Virus record (IMG/VR): IMGVR_UViG_3300025892_000008
DNA: 64,000 nt
From: a virus
Lineage: Duplodnaviria; Caudoviricetes
Strand: one strand, 5' to 3'
Below are positions 1 through 12,000 of the stretch, piece by piece (within the stretch, counting starts at the first letter, position 1; every line of letters starts with the position of its first letter). The position numbers and the translations under genes were made by a program. The notes beneath the pieces are model-generated. The model had not been told where the DNA came from. It searched no databases and worked only from the letters and a program-made list of their open reading frames with translations.

Positions 1-219
1 CAACCAACTGACTTTGATGGCAAGAAACTACAGACAAGCAAACAAGGTAATTCAACTGTAAAAGTAAAGGGCGAGGCAAAAGATAAAGAATCTGTAAGCG
101 AAGAAATTTTAGTAGCAGATCCTGGTGGCACTATCACAGTAGGGCCTATACCACCCGGAGAAGGCTATGACTTACCAGGTGATGACGGTGACTACGGACC
201 GCAAAACGGACCGCAATAA
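1..219 (+). CDS. Partial CDS (C-terminal 72 aa), probably a baseplate/hub protein
   Basis: Frame 1 is open from base 1 to TAA at 217-219 (QPTDFDGKK...GPQNGPQ*). The function guess rests only on its position upstream of the gp5-like gene. Confidence 0.6.
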   Translation, partial: QPTDFDGKKLQTSKQGNSTVKVKGEAKDKESVSEEILVADPGGTITVGPIPPGEGYDLPGDDGDYGPQNGPQ

Positions 220-228
220 GGAATAAAA

Positions 229-2025
229 ATGGCAATACAAAGAAGAAGACCTAGTAAAGAAACAGCAGGCGTAAATTTAGGCGCCGGAGTCATTCTTGCG
301 AAAGTTATTAGTGTCATGGATCCTACCTTCAACGGAAGACTTCGTGTAAGTCTTTTAAAATCACAAGGTAATGATGTAGGAGCAGACAGACAAACGTATA
401 CAGTTAACTATGCATCTCCATTCTTTGGTTATACACCTTATCCTGCTTTAGGAAAGAATAATGAGGATTTCAACGACACTCAAAAATCTTATGGTATGTG
501 GTTTGTTCCACCCGATATAGGTGTAACAGTCATGTGTACTTTTGTTGACGGCGATCCTGGCGAAGGATATTGGTTCGCCTGTTTACCACCCAACTTTGCA
601 AATAATATGGTACCAGCCATAGCGGGAAGTACACAAGTAGATTTAACAGATGCAGATAAGAAAAAGTTTGATACAACACAGCCACTTCCTGTAGGTGAGA
701 TAAACAAAATATCTAATAAAGAAGAATTAGAAAAAGACCCAGATAAAATTAAAAAACCTGTTCATCCTATTGCTGATAGATTTCTTGAAGCAGGAACTTT
801 AGAAGATGATGTTCGTGGTGTTACTACCACTTCAGCTCGAAGACAAACTCCTAATGCTGCTTTTGGTATTTCTACTCCTGGACCTCTAGATTGGAGAGAC
901 GGTAGTAAAAGAATGACAACAGGTACAACAGAGAATTCATCACTTATAGGTGTTGCAGTAAGTAGACTTGGCGGCACACAGTTTGTTATGGATGACGGTG
1001 ATGATAGATATGTTAGACAAACGCCAGCAGCCAGTGGTCCTGTAAAATATATTGATGTTATAGAAAAAAGATTTGCTGATGCTGAAGGAGCTCAAACAAA
1101 TGACAAAGGTGACGTAACTGTTCCTTATAATGAATATACAAGACTAAGAACAAGAACAGGACATCAGATACTATTACATAACTCAGAAGACTTAATTTAT
1201 ATTGGTAATTCAAGAGGAACGTCATGGATTGAAATGACATCAAATGGTAAAATTGATGTGTACGCAGCAGATAGTATAAGTGTGCATACTGAAAATGATT
1301 TAAACATCAAAGCCGATAGAGATGTTAATATTGAAGCCGGAAGAAATATAAACATGAAAGCAACTGCTGAATATGTTTCAACTAATGAATTACATAGAAG
1401 AGATGCAGATGGAAATCCTATATCTAAAATACAAGACGGAAATGAATATGAATCAGGTAGAATACAAATTGAAAGTGCATTCAACACAAACATACTAATT
1501 GGCGCTAATGGTAAGATAGAAACTAGAAATTATGAAAATGCAGAAGGTGTAAAAGTTGACGGATCTTTAGACATCAGCGTAATAGGCTCTACAAAAATTG
1601 CTACAGGATATGGAATAGTTGGTGCACATGATCTTGACTTGAAAGTATCTGGAGATACACTTATAAAAACTACTGGTAATCTGGATCTGAATACAGATGG
1701 TAACAATGCATATACAGCCGGTGGTACAACAGATATTTTAAGTGGTGGCAATCATACTGAGACAGCAGCAGAAATACACATGAATGGCCCACAAGCAAGA
1801 GAAGCAGAAGAAGCAAGTCAAGCAGCAACTATTACTGCCTTGCATCTACATACAACATTGTTTACAAATCCTGCTGTTGGATGGCCTAAACTTAAATACA
1901 CTGACGGAAAAATAAAAACAATAATGAAAAGAGTACCTATGCATGAGCCGTGGCCGTTGCATGAGAATAATTCTCCTGCATTACAAAATGAAACGTTTAC
2001 CGACAGAGAACCAAAAGAGGAGTAG
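229..2025 (+). CDS. Baseplate central spike, T4 gp5/VgrG-like (OB-fold plus beta-helix, no lysozyme domain seen)
   Basis: N-terminal Gp5_OB-type motif (SYGMWFVPPDIGVTVMCTFVDGDP..GYW), RTRTGHQILLH segment, C-terminal beta-helix repeats. Lies next to a gp25-like gene. Confidence 0.8.
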   Translation: MAIQRRRPSKETAGVNLGAGVILAKVISVMDPTFNGRLRVSLLKSQGNDVGADRQTYTVNYASPFFGYTPYPALGKNNEDFNDTQKSYGMWFVPPDIGVTVMCTFVDGDPGEGYWFACLPPNFANNMVPAIAGSTQVDLTDADKKKFDTTQPLPVGEINKISNKEELEKDPDKIKKPVHPIADRFLEAGTLEDDVRGVTTTSARRQTPNAAFGISTPGPLDWRDGSKRMTTGTTENSSLIGVAVSRLGGTQFVMDDGDDRYVRQTPAASGPVKYIDVIEKRFADAEGAQTNDKGDVTVPYNEYTRLRTRTGHQILLHNSEDLIYIGNSRGTSWIEMTSNGKIDVYAADSISVHTENDLNIKADRDVNIEAGRNINMKATAEYVSTNELHRRDADGNPISKIQDGNEYESGRIQIESAFNTNILIGANGKIETRNYENAEGVKVDGSLDISVIGSTKIATGYGIVGAHDLDLKVSGDTLIKTTGNLDLNTDGNNAYTAGGTTDILSGGNHTETAAEIHMNGPQAREAEEASQAATITALHLHTTLFTNPAVGWPKLKYTDGKIKTIMKRVPMHEPWPLHENNSPALQNETFTDREPKEE

Positions 2026-2028
2026 TAT

Positions 2029-2466
2029 ATGAAAAAAATATACAATCAAAAAGCAGTAGCAGTTAACCAAGCAAGTGTTGGGTCTGCAGGAGCGAACACG
2101 TTTACATATAGAGGATTCTCTTCAAAAAACAAAAAAAGCGGATTTAAATTATATGATATTGACTTGGTAAAACAGGATATTATCAACAACTTCTACATAA
2201 GAAAAGGTGAAAAGTTAGAAAATCCGACCTTTGGTACTGTAATATGGGATATGATCTTTGAACAGTTTACTGAAGAAGTAAAGAATATTATAGCCAAAGA
2301 CGTAGAAACTATTATAAACTATGACCCTAGAGTTGTAGTTCAAAGCGTTAGTGTTGATAGCACAGAACAAGGCATGAGAATTGAAGCAGATGTAGTGTAT
2401 GTTCCATTTAATGTAACTGAAAGAATGCGCTTTAATTTTGATAGAAATAACTCGGTTATAAACTAA
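2029..2466 (+). CDS. Baseplate wedge subunit, gp25-like
   Basis: LVKQDIINNFYIRKGEKLENPTFGTVIWDMIFE...YDPRV pattern, 145 aa, between gp5-like and gp6-like genes. Confidence 0.85.
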   Translation: MKKIYNQKAVAVNQASVGSAGANTFTYRGFSSKNKKSGFKLYDIDLVKQDIINNFYIRKGEKLENPTFGTVIWDMIFEQFTEEVKNIIAKDVETIINYDPRVVVQSVSVDSTEQGMRIEADVVYVPFNVTERMRFNFDRNNSVIN

Positions 2467-2484
2467 GCACTTAATTACAAGGGC

Positions 2485-2490
2485 TAAATA
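2485..2490 (+). promoter_or_regulatory. T4-late-like promoter core TAAATA
   Basis: In the intergenic gap before the gp6-like gene. The same motif recurs in front of many gene starts. Confidence 0.55.
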
Positions 2491-2510
2491 TTACAATAGG
2501 AATATAGTTA

Positions 2511-5500
2511 ATGAGCACAACGTCAAGACAGAACAATTTAATACTAAATCAGGACTGGACTCGCATCTATCAAACGTTTAGAAATGCGGATTTTAAGTCT
2601 TATGATTTTGAAAATATCCGCAGGGTAATTATTTCTTATCTAAGAGAAAACTATCCTGAAGATTTTAATGACTATATTGAAAGTTCTGAGTACATGGCTC
2701 TAGTTGATGCAGTAGCATTTTTAGGCCAAAGCATCAGTTTCAGACTAGATTTAGCAAGTAGAGAAAACTTTTTAGAATTAGCAGAGCGTAAAGAAAGTGT
2801 TCTTAGAATTGCTAGAATGTTGTCCTACAACGCAAAAAGAAATATAGGATCTAGTGGCTTATTAAAATTTAATACAATATCAACTACAGAAAATATTATT
2901 GATAGTAATGGTAGAAACTTAGCACAACAAACTGTTAAATGGAATGATCCTACAAACAGTAACTGGGCAGAACAGTTTGTGTTAATTCTTAATTCTGCTA
3001 TGTCTGACAATACAGAGTTTGGTAGAAGTGAAGGCGCTGCTACAATACAAGGTATACCTACCGAGCAATATAGATTTAGAACTACTTCAAATGATGTTCC
3101 ATTATACAACTTTTCAAAATCTGTTGCTGGTAGAAGCATGGCATTTGAAATAGTAAGCACAGCGTTTAAGGAACAAGAATTTATATATGAAGAAGCACCA
3201 ACACCAGGTAACCAGTTAGGGTTTGTATACAGACAAGATGGAAAAGGTTCAGCAAGTGCAAACACAGGTTTCTTTTTACAATTTAAACAAGGAAGTTTAG
3301 AGTTTGCAGACTTTGATATTAGTACTCCAACAACAAATGAAACAATTTCTGTAGAGACAAACAATATTAATAATGATGATCTTTGGTTGTTTGGTTTGAA
3401 TAGCGCAGGCGGCCAAGACCGTGAATGGGCTAAAGTAAGTAATCTAACAGGAAACAATATTGCATACAATAGTATAGTAGGTAATATTAGAAACATCTAT
3501 TCAGTGTCTACACAACCTGACGATAAAGTCAATCTTGTATTTGCTGATGGCACATATGGAAATTTACCGCAAGGATCTTTTAGAACGTATTACAGAGTAA
3601 GTAATGGACTCGAGTATGCCATTGCTCCTAATGATATGAAAGGTATCTCAATCGATATCAATTATTTAAATAAATCAGGTATTGCACATACACTTACTGT
3701 AAACTTAGGTTTGCAATATACTGTTAATAATGCAGCGGCAACAGAAAGTACTGATACAATTAGGCAAAATGCTCCTGCACTTTATTATACACAAAACAGA
3801 ATGGTTACTGGAGAAGATTATAATCTTGCTCCGTTAGCAAGTTCTCAAAACATTTTAAAAATAAAAGCAGTAAACAGAACTTCAAGTGGTATTAGTAGAA
3901 ATTATGACATTGTAGATGCAAGCGGAAAATATAGTGCAGTAAATGTTTTTGCTGATGATGGATACATTTATAGACAAGAAGCAGAAAGAAGTTTATTTTT
4001 AAAGTTCACAAGCAAAACTGAAATTATCAATTTCATAAGGCAAAACATTGAAGGTGCATTTACTGATAAAGACTTATATAATTTTTACATTACCAAATAT
4101 GAAAGAGTAACATTTAGTGAAAAAACAACAGTGTGGAAAAGTATTACTAACGATTTAAATAGCGGAACTGGTTATTTTACAAACACTATTGATAACAGTC
4201 TACTTAAAGTTGGCACATACTCAACGAGTAGTTTAAAATTCCTTACTGTTGGGTCAACAATTAAATTTACTGCCCCTGATGGTTTTCACTTTATGACAAA
4301 TCAAAATAATAAATTGATGGCCGGCACCGCAGATCATACAGGAAGTTCAACTTATATTTGGGCCAAAGTACAATCAATTATAGGAGATGGTACAAATGCT
4401 AATAGAGGTGCTCTTGCAAACGGATTAGGACCAATTACTTTTAATGAAAATATTCCAGAAGGCGCAATAGCAAATAGTATTGTTCCAAAGTTTGTTAACG
4501 ATTTGAGTGTAGCACTTGAAACAGAAATTACTAACCTTATGTTTGCAAGTTTAAACTTTGGTTTAAGATATGATACTGCTGACACTTCATGGAAAATTAT
4601 ACAAAATCAAAACTTAGATTTAGTCAATAACTTTAATTTAGGTAAGGCAGGTGATATAACAAATGAGAATCTTGATGGTTCTTGGTTGTTTGCATTTGTA
4701 AAAGAAAACGATCAGTATGTAATTAGAATTAGAACATTAAATTATGTATTTGGAAGTGTTGAGCAAAACAGGTTTTATTTTGATAAAAACGAAATTGCTT
4801 ACAATAATTTGACAGGAAAAATTGCAAAAGATATTGTTAATATTTTAGGTATTAATAGTCAAACAACTACTGCATCAGCATTAGGCAGAGATTATAAATT
4901 TGAAATCACAGATACTATATCGTTTGATGACGGGTATGAAAGCAACAAAGAAATAAAATTAAGTTTTAGTGATAGCGATAGCGATGGTGTTATTGACGAT
5001 CCTGATTCATTTATACAAGTTGCAGGTGCTGATTCTGAGTTAAACTATTTGTTCTTTGAAAGAAAAGTAGACGAATACGGTACAGACGTATTAAATCTTT
5101 TTGATAATAGTACAGGTACAATTATTATAAGAGATAAAGAAGCAGATGTTAATGTAAATGATTACACTAATGGTCAATTAATTTATTTTAGTGACATTGC
5201 TGAAGATGTAGTTAAAACAGTTAATAGAACAACTAACATACTTGAATTAAACAGTAACTATGTTGCATATATAGGTAGAAGAAATTTAAAATTTCAATAC
5301 ACACATGCTGCTAGTGAAAATAGAAGAATCGATCCTAGCGTAACTAACATTGTTGATTTATTTTTATTAACTAAAAATTACGATACTGCATATAGAAATT
5401 ATCTTGCAGGTGCAACAACAGAACCTGATGCTCCTACAACAGATAGTTTAAGAATAGAATTTGGTGCTAATCTAAATGAAATTAAAACTATTAGTGATGA

Positions 5501-6026
5501 AGTAATTTATCACCCTGTGAAATATAAAGTATTATTTGGTTCTCAGGCAGCAACTAAATTACAGGCCGAATTCAAAGTAGTTAAAAATTCAGATAAAGCA
5601 ATTAATGATAACAATTTAAAAGTAAGAATTGTTACAGCAATAAACAGATTCTTTGAAATTCAAAACTGGGATTTTGGTGACAGATTCTATCTAAGTGAAT
5701 TAACAACCTACGTTATTAACACAGTAGCACCTGATGTTACTAACTTTGTAATTTTACCTAGATCATCAGCACAATCATTTGGCAGTCTTTTTGAAATACA
5801 AAGCAACCCAGATGAAATTTTTGTAAGTGGTGCAACAGTAGACGACATCAAAATTGTTACTAGCATTACCGCCGCTGAAATTAGATCAAGCACAGGAACA
5901 GTAGAAAGTGATTCACAATCAAACACAACAAGTTCAAGCACAAGTACAGGTACAACTACAACTACAAACACAAGCACTACGAGTACAGGTACTACAGGTT
6001 CTAGCAGCGGAGGTTCTAGTTACTAA
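2511..6026 (+). CDS. Baseplate wedge subunit, gp6/baseplate-J-like
   Basis: DFKSYDFENIRR...YPEDFNDYIESSEY...ENFLELAERKESVLRIARMLSYN and QNRMVTGEDY motifs. Ends in a Ser/Thr/Gly-rich tail. Confidence 0.85.
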   Translation: MSTTSRQNNLILNQDWTRIYQTFRNADFKSYDFENIRRVIISYLRENYPEDFNDYIESSEYMALVDAVAFLGQSISFRLDLASRENFLELAERKESVLRIARMLSYNAKRNIGSSGLLKFNTISTTENIIDSNGRNLAQQTVKWNDPTNSNWAEQFVLILNSAMSDNTEFGRSEGAATIQGIPTEQYRFRTTSNDVPLYNFSKSVAGRSMAFEIVSTAFKEQEFIYEEAPTPGNQLGFVYRQDGKGSASANTGFFLQFKQGSLEFADFDISTPTTNETISVETNNINNDDLWLFGLNSAGGQDREWAKVSNLTGNNIAYNSIVGNIRNIYSVSTQPDDKVNLVFADGTYGNLPQGSFRTYYRVSNGLEYAIAPNDMKGISIDINYLNKSGIAHTLTVNLGLQYTVNNAAATESTDTIRQNAPALYYTQNRMVTGEDYNLAPLASSQNILKIKAVNRTSSGISRNYDIVDASGKYSAVNVFADDGYIYRQEAERSLFLKFTSKTEIINFIRQNIEGAFTDKDLYNFYITKYERVTFSEKTTVWKSITNDLNSGTGYFTNTIDNSLLKVGTYSTSSLKFLTVGSTIKFTAPDGFHFMTNQNNKLMAGTADHTGSSTYIWAKVQSIIGDGTNANRGALANGLGPITFNENIPEGAIANSIVPKFVNDLSVALETEITNLMFASLNFGLRYDTADTSWKIIQNQNLDLVNNFNLGKAGDITNENLDGSWLFAFVKENDQYVIRIRTLNYVFGSVEQNRFYFDKNEIAYNNLTGKIAKDIVNILGINSQTTTASALGRDYKFEITDTISFDDGYESNKEIKLSFSDSDSDGVIDDPDSFIQVAGADSELNYLFFERKVDEYGTDVLNLFDNSTGTIIIRDKEADVNVNDYTNGQLIYFSDIAEDVVKTVNRTTNILELNSNYVAYIGRRNLKFQYTHAASENRRIDPSVTNIVDLFLLTKNYDTAYRNYLAGATTEPDAPTTDSLRIEFGANLNEIKTISDEVIYHPVKYKVLFGSQAATKLQAEFKVVKNSDKAINDNNLKVRIVTAINRFFEIQNWDFGDRFYLSELTTYVINTVAPDVTNFVILPRSSAQSFGSLFEIQSNPDEIFVSGATVDDIKIVTSITAAEIRSSTGTVESDSQSNTTSSSTSTGTTTTTNTSTTSTGTTGSSSGGSSY

Positions 6027-9000
6027 TGGTAGATAAGGTTTACCCTAACAGTCAGTTACCTATTAGAAAAAGTTCCGAGCTTCTTCCAGAAACTTTTAGA
6101 ACAGACGCTAATGACAAATTTCTATCAGGAGTAGTTGATCCTCTTGTACAACCAGGTGCATTGGATAAACTATCAGGATATGTTGGTAGAAGATTTGGCA
6201 AAACTTATAACGGTAATAGTGTATATTTAGATACTGACGATACTTTAAGAAGTAGATATCAGTTAGAGCCAGGCGTTACAGTTGAAAACAATCAGGTTGT
6301 AACTAAGTTTTACGATTATCTAGATTTTAAAAATATTGAAACTTTCTTTGGTAATTCAAACGAAAGAGATGATAAAACTACATTCCAAGAGCATTATAGT
6401 TGGAATCCACCTATAGACTGGGATAAGTTTATAAATTATAGAGAATACTATTGGGTACCTGCTGGTCCACCTACGGTGGCTATCTTTGGTCAAACACAGG
6501 ATATTCAATCTACATATAAAGTTAATCAAGGGATTGGTTCTTCTTGGGTGTTTACTCCAGATGGACTTACAAACAATCCAACACTTACTTTATACAGAGG
6601 TCAAACATATAAGTTTACTATTAACTCACCAGGCGAGCCTTTTGCACTAAGAACAAATTATGATACTGGTAGTTTAAATTTTGACCCATTAATAACTTAT
6701 TTTCCAGGTGACTTAGCAGCATTTGATGGAAAACTTTGGAGAGCAAAAGAAGAAGTTAGTCCTGCAGACGGAAGTTCGATAGACTTAGATAGTCAAGACT
6801 GGGAACTAGTTGATAGCAACGCTTCGTTTAACAGTTTAATTTATAATAGCGGAGTTACAAATAATAGTATTGAAGTAGGCACACTTACATTTACAGTTCC
6901 TTTAAATGCTCCAGATGTACTTTTTTATCAAAGTGAAACAGATCCTAATAGACTAGGCAGATTTATTATTGCTGATATTGAAAGTAATACAGCAATTAAT
7001 GTTGAAAAAGAAATTTTAGGAAAAACTTATTATAAAAGTGCTAATGGAGTAGAACTATCAAACGGAATGGTAGTTGAATTCCGTGGACAAGTTGAAAGTG
7101 AAAAGTATGCTACAGACACATGGCTAGTTGAAGGAATAGGAAAAGAAATAACGCTAATAAGATTTGCTGATCTAATTCCACCTAACATTAGTGCAAACAC
7201 TCCTGAAATATTATTTGATAATGAAGGGTTTGATTCACAACCTTTTGACGATGCAACTTTGTATCCTGCAAATAAAGATTATGTAACAATTAACAGAAGC
7301 AGTAATGATTCAAATCCGTGGAGCAGATATAATAGATGGTTCCATCGTAGTGTCCTTGAGTATGCATTTAAATATAGAGATAGTGATTTTGATGGTCTTG
7401 AAACAGCAAGAGCAAAGAGACCAATTATTGAATTTCATCCTGGTATAAAACTTTACCAGCAAGGAACAATTGCAAAAGCCTCAGTTGATTATATTGATGA
7501 TTATACAAAAGATGTATTTTCAACTATTGAAGGTAGTACAGGATATAGTGTAGACGGTGAGTTTCTTTTTGAAGGCGCAAGAGTACTTGTTACAGCAGAT
7601 GATGATAATCTTGCAAACAACAAAATATACGAAGTTAAGTTTATTGTCCACAACGGAACAAGACAGATTACTTTACAAGAAACTACAGATTCCAAACCAA
7701 CAATCAATGAATGTGTTCTTGCTAGTAGAGGTACTTCTAATTCAGGTAAGCAGTTTTACTTTGACGGCACATCTTGGAAAAAGAGTCAAGAGAAAACAAC
7801 TGTAAACCAAGCACCTTTATTTGACAGTTTTAATGAAACAGGTGTTGCACTTGATAATTCAAATACGTATCCAGTAAGTAGTTTTGCAGGAAGCAAAATT
7901 TTTAGTTATAAACAAGGTACCGGACCAGTTGACAACGAATTGGGTATAAGTATTTCTTATCAAAATATTGATAATGTAGGTGATATAGAATTTGATTGGA
8001 GTTGGGAAACTGAACAATTTACATACACAATTAACCAACAGGCAATTATTGATAACACCAATAAACATTATTATCAGGTAAACGGCAAATATGAAAATGG
8101 TTGGGTTAGAACACAATCTAAATACTTACAGCCTATTGTTGATAGCGTTACAATTATAGATGCTACAAACATTGTACAAACTGATATTATTGATTTTGAT
8201 AATATAGATGATACTGTTGAAATTATATTTTTTAGAAATGGTGATGAATTAAAAGAATCTTATACACGTGATAGAAACCAGTTTACTTTTACTACTGTGT
8301 TTCAACCTAACGATATTATTACAATTAAAGTAGTTGGCGAAATAATTCCTAAAAATGGTTACTATGAAATTCCTGTAGGATTAGAAAAAAATCCGTTAAA
8401 TGAAACACTAAAAACTTTTACTCTTGGGCAAGCGGCTGATCATGTTAAAACAGCATTAGAATTTGACACAAGATTTACTGGTGTACTTCCAGGAGTATCT
8501 AATTTAAGAGATATTTCAGACTTTACTGTAAACGCAAAAAGATTTCTAAAACATTCAGGCGTTGCAGCGTCAGCATTATTGATGCTTGCAGACAAAGAAA
8601 TTAATATTGTTAAATCATTGCAATATGCTAAAAAACAGTATTCGTTATTCAAAGAAAATTTTATAAAAAAATCTTTTGAAGTTGATGACACATCAAGCAT
8701 ACCAGATTTAGTAGATGCTATTTTTGAACAATTAACAAAAACAAAAAGCTCAGCAAGTCCTTTTGCAGATAGTGACACATTAGGTACAGGAGCATTTACA
8801 AAAATAAACTATACAGTTGATGACCCTGGATTAAAGACATTTTCACTAAATGATACTTTTGATTTAGATACATTAAGTAGACGTGCAGTATATGTGTATA
8901 AAAATAATACACAGTTATTGCATGGTAAAGACTACACGTTTAGTTCAGAGTTTGCATTTTTAACTATACTAGGCAATTTAATACAAGGTGACAGTATAGA

Positions 9001-12000
9001 AATACGCGAGTACGTATCAACAGCGTCTTGCCATGTGCCACCGACTCCTACGTCAATTGGATTATACAAAAAGTATACTCCGATGAAGTTTATTGACGAC
9101 ACATATAGAGTACCTACAGAAGTTATACAAGGTCACGATGGTAGTATTACTGTTGCGTATGGCGATTTCCGTGATGATGTTTTATTAGAATTAGAATATA
9201 GAATTTATAATAATATTAAACAATCTTATGAACCTAGTGTATTTGATATAGATGCTAATCTTGGAGGTTATTATAAAAATTCAGTATTTACAAAAGCAGA
9301 ATTTGATGCAATAGCAAGCCAAGAATTTTTAAAATGGGTAGCAAATACTAATCTTGCTTATACTGCTAACACATACCTAAAAGATACAGAAACATTTACA
9401 TATACCTATTCTAATATGACAACACCAGATGGTGATGAAAATTTACCAGGATGGTGGAGAGGTGCTTATAACTATTTCTATGATACAGATAGACCGCATC
9501 GTTGTCCTTGGGAAATGCTTGGGTTTAGTGAAAAGCCAAGTTGGTGGGATACACAATACGGTGAAGCACCGTATACAAGTGGAAACCTAATTCTTTGGGA
9601 AGATATTAGAGACGGTATTATTAGAAAAGGCGAAAGAGCAGGTACATATAAAAGATATGCTAGAACAAGTATATTAAGACATATACCTGTAAATGAATAC
9701 GGTGAATTATTAAGTCCTCTTGATAGTGGATTAGCAACAAACTTTACATTAACAAATAATAAAGGAAGTTTCAAACTAGGTGATATTTCGCCTACTGAAT
9801 ATGCTTACAGAAGCAGTTCAGAATTTCCATTTGTTGTAACAATGGCATTGTGCCTACTTCGTCCGTTTGAATATATTGTTGCAAACTTTGATAGAAGCAA
9901 AACAAAACGAAATATTGCAGATCAAATTATTAGTAAGAGTACAGGAATTTTTATTAAACCTGATGAAATAGTATTACCTGTTACAGGCAGTACTGATATT
10001 ACAAGTGGTTTAGCATTCTATATAGGTAGTTATTTGCTTTCATCAGGTAAGCCTATTGCAACTGCACAAAGTTTATTATCAAATATTAATGTAAGATTGA
10101 CTAGTAGGTTAAATGGTTTTGTTGATAAGACTCAACAAAAATATTTGCTAGATTCTAAAAGTCCTGCTGCTGCAAGTTCAAGTATATTCATACCAGAAGA
10201 AAATTATAACATATTCTTTAATGTTTCTTCTCCAATACAAACTGTTAGTTACAGCGGAATTATATTTGAAAAAACAGAAGGTGGCTGGATAGTAAACGGT
10301 TACGATGATGTACATCCTTACTTTAGGATTTATAAATCAATTCCAAATCAAGCAGATCCAACATTATCTGTAGGCGGAGTTAGTGCAACGTTTGTAAATT
10401 GGACCGAAGATCAACTTTACAACAACGGAGCAATAGCTCAGTACAGAAGTATGTTTTATAGAGCAAAGTTAACTCATACAAGCACTGATAAATTTGAAAC
10501 AGATAATTGGACTAAGTTACCAGAGTTACCAATAGTAGGTGCTGCAACTGCACAGCGCAGAAGAAACTTCAATCAATTCGCTACTGAAGATGTAAGTTAT
10601 GGAACTACATTTAACACAGTTCAACAGGTTGTAGATTTCCTACTAGGATACGAGCATTATCTAAAAGTACAAGGGTTTATTTTTGAAAACTATAGTACAG
10701 ATAATCAAGCAATGCAAGACTTTACAACTGCTGCTAAAGAATTTATGTTCTGGACACGTAATGAATGGGCAGTTGGATCATTACTTGCAGTAAGCCCAGG
10801 CGCTGAAAAACTTAAAGTTACTGTACCGATCGGAGTAGTTGATAATATACTTGATAGTTTTTATGACTATAATGTATTGACTGATAATGGCGAACCGATG
10901 GAAATTAAAAACTTTGATGTCAACAGAGAATTCCAAACATTCACATTTACAATAAATGAAACTACTAGAGGACTTTTTTATCTAAAATTAAATTATGTTC
11001 TTAAAGAACATGTTGCTATTTTTAATGATAGAACAGTTTTCAATGATGTAATTTTTGATAAACCAACTGGATATAGACAAGAAAGAATTAAAGTACAAGG
11101 GTTTAGAACTGTAGACTGGGACGGCGATTATACTAGCCCGGGATTCTTATTTGATAATGTTAATATTATATCTTGGCAGCCGTTTACTGATTATAAACTT
11201 GGCGACATTATAAATTACCAAGGTGTCAACTACACTAGTAAACGTAATCATACAAGCGATGAAGAATTTAATGCTATTAATTGGACAGTACTTGACTCAA
11301 CACCTGAGAAAAAATTAGTTCCTAACTTTGATTTTAAAATAAATCAAATGGAAGATTATTTTGATGTTGATACTGAAGGACTGTCACAAAGTCAAAGAGA
11401 GTTAGCAAGACATACAATTGGCTATCAAACAAGAGATTATTTACAAAACCTATCTGAAGATAGTGTAACACAGTTTAGATTATATCAAGGATTTATTAGA
11501 GAAAAAGGAACAAATAATTCTTTTACTAAAATATTTAACAAACTTGGTAGAACTGATAACGAAGGAGTAAATTTAAAAGAAGAATGGGCATTCAAAGTTG
11601 GACAGCTCGGTGGCACAGATCAAACTAAAGTAGTAGAAATTAAATTAGATACAGATAATTTTGTTCTTAATCCACAGCCGTTATTAGTTACTAATACTAA
11701 AAACGTTGCTGAGCTTGATAGATATTATAGAATCAATCAAAGTGATTTTTATTTTGCACCTATACCTTTTACAACTAATATTAATCCTACTACTGTTGAA
11801 AAACAATATCTTAGAACGGCAGGATATGTTAAAGTCGACCAAACAAAATATGTTGTACAGACCAGAGATGATATAGTAAACATAGACATTACAGGGGTAC
11901 TTAATAACGATCATATATGGGTAACTTTTGATGATAGTGATTGGACTGTATTGCGTATTAACTTTGCAAATGAATTGCCTATATCAAACATCACTACAGA

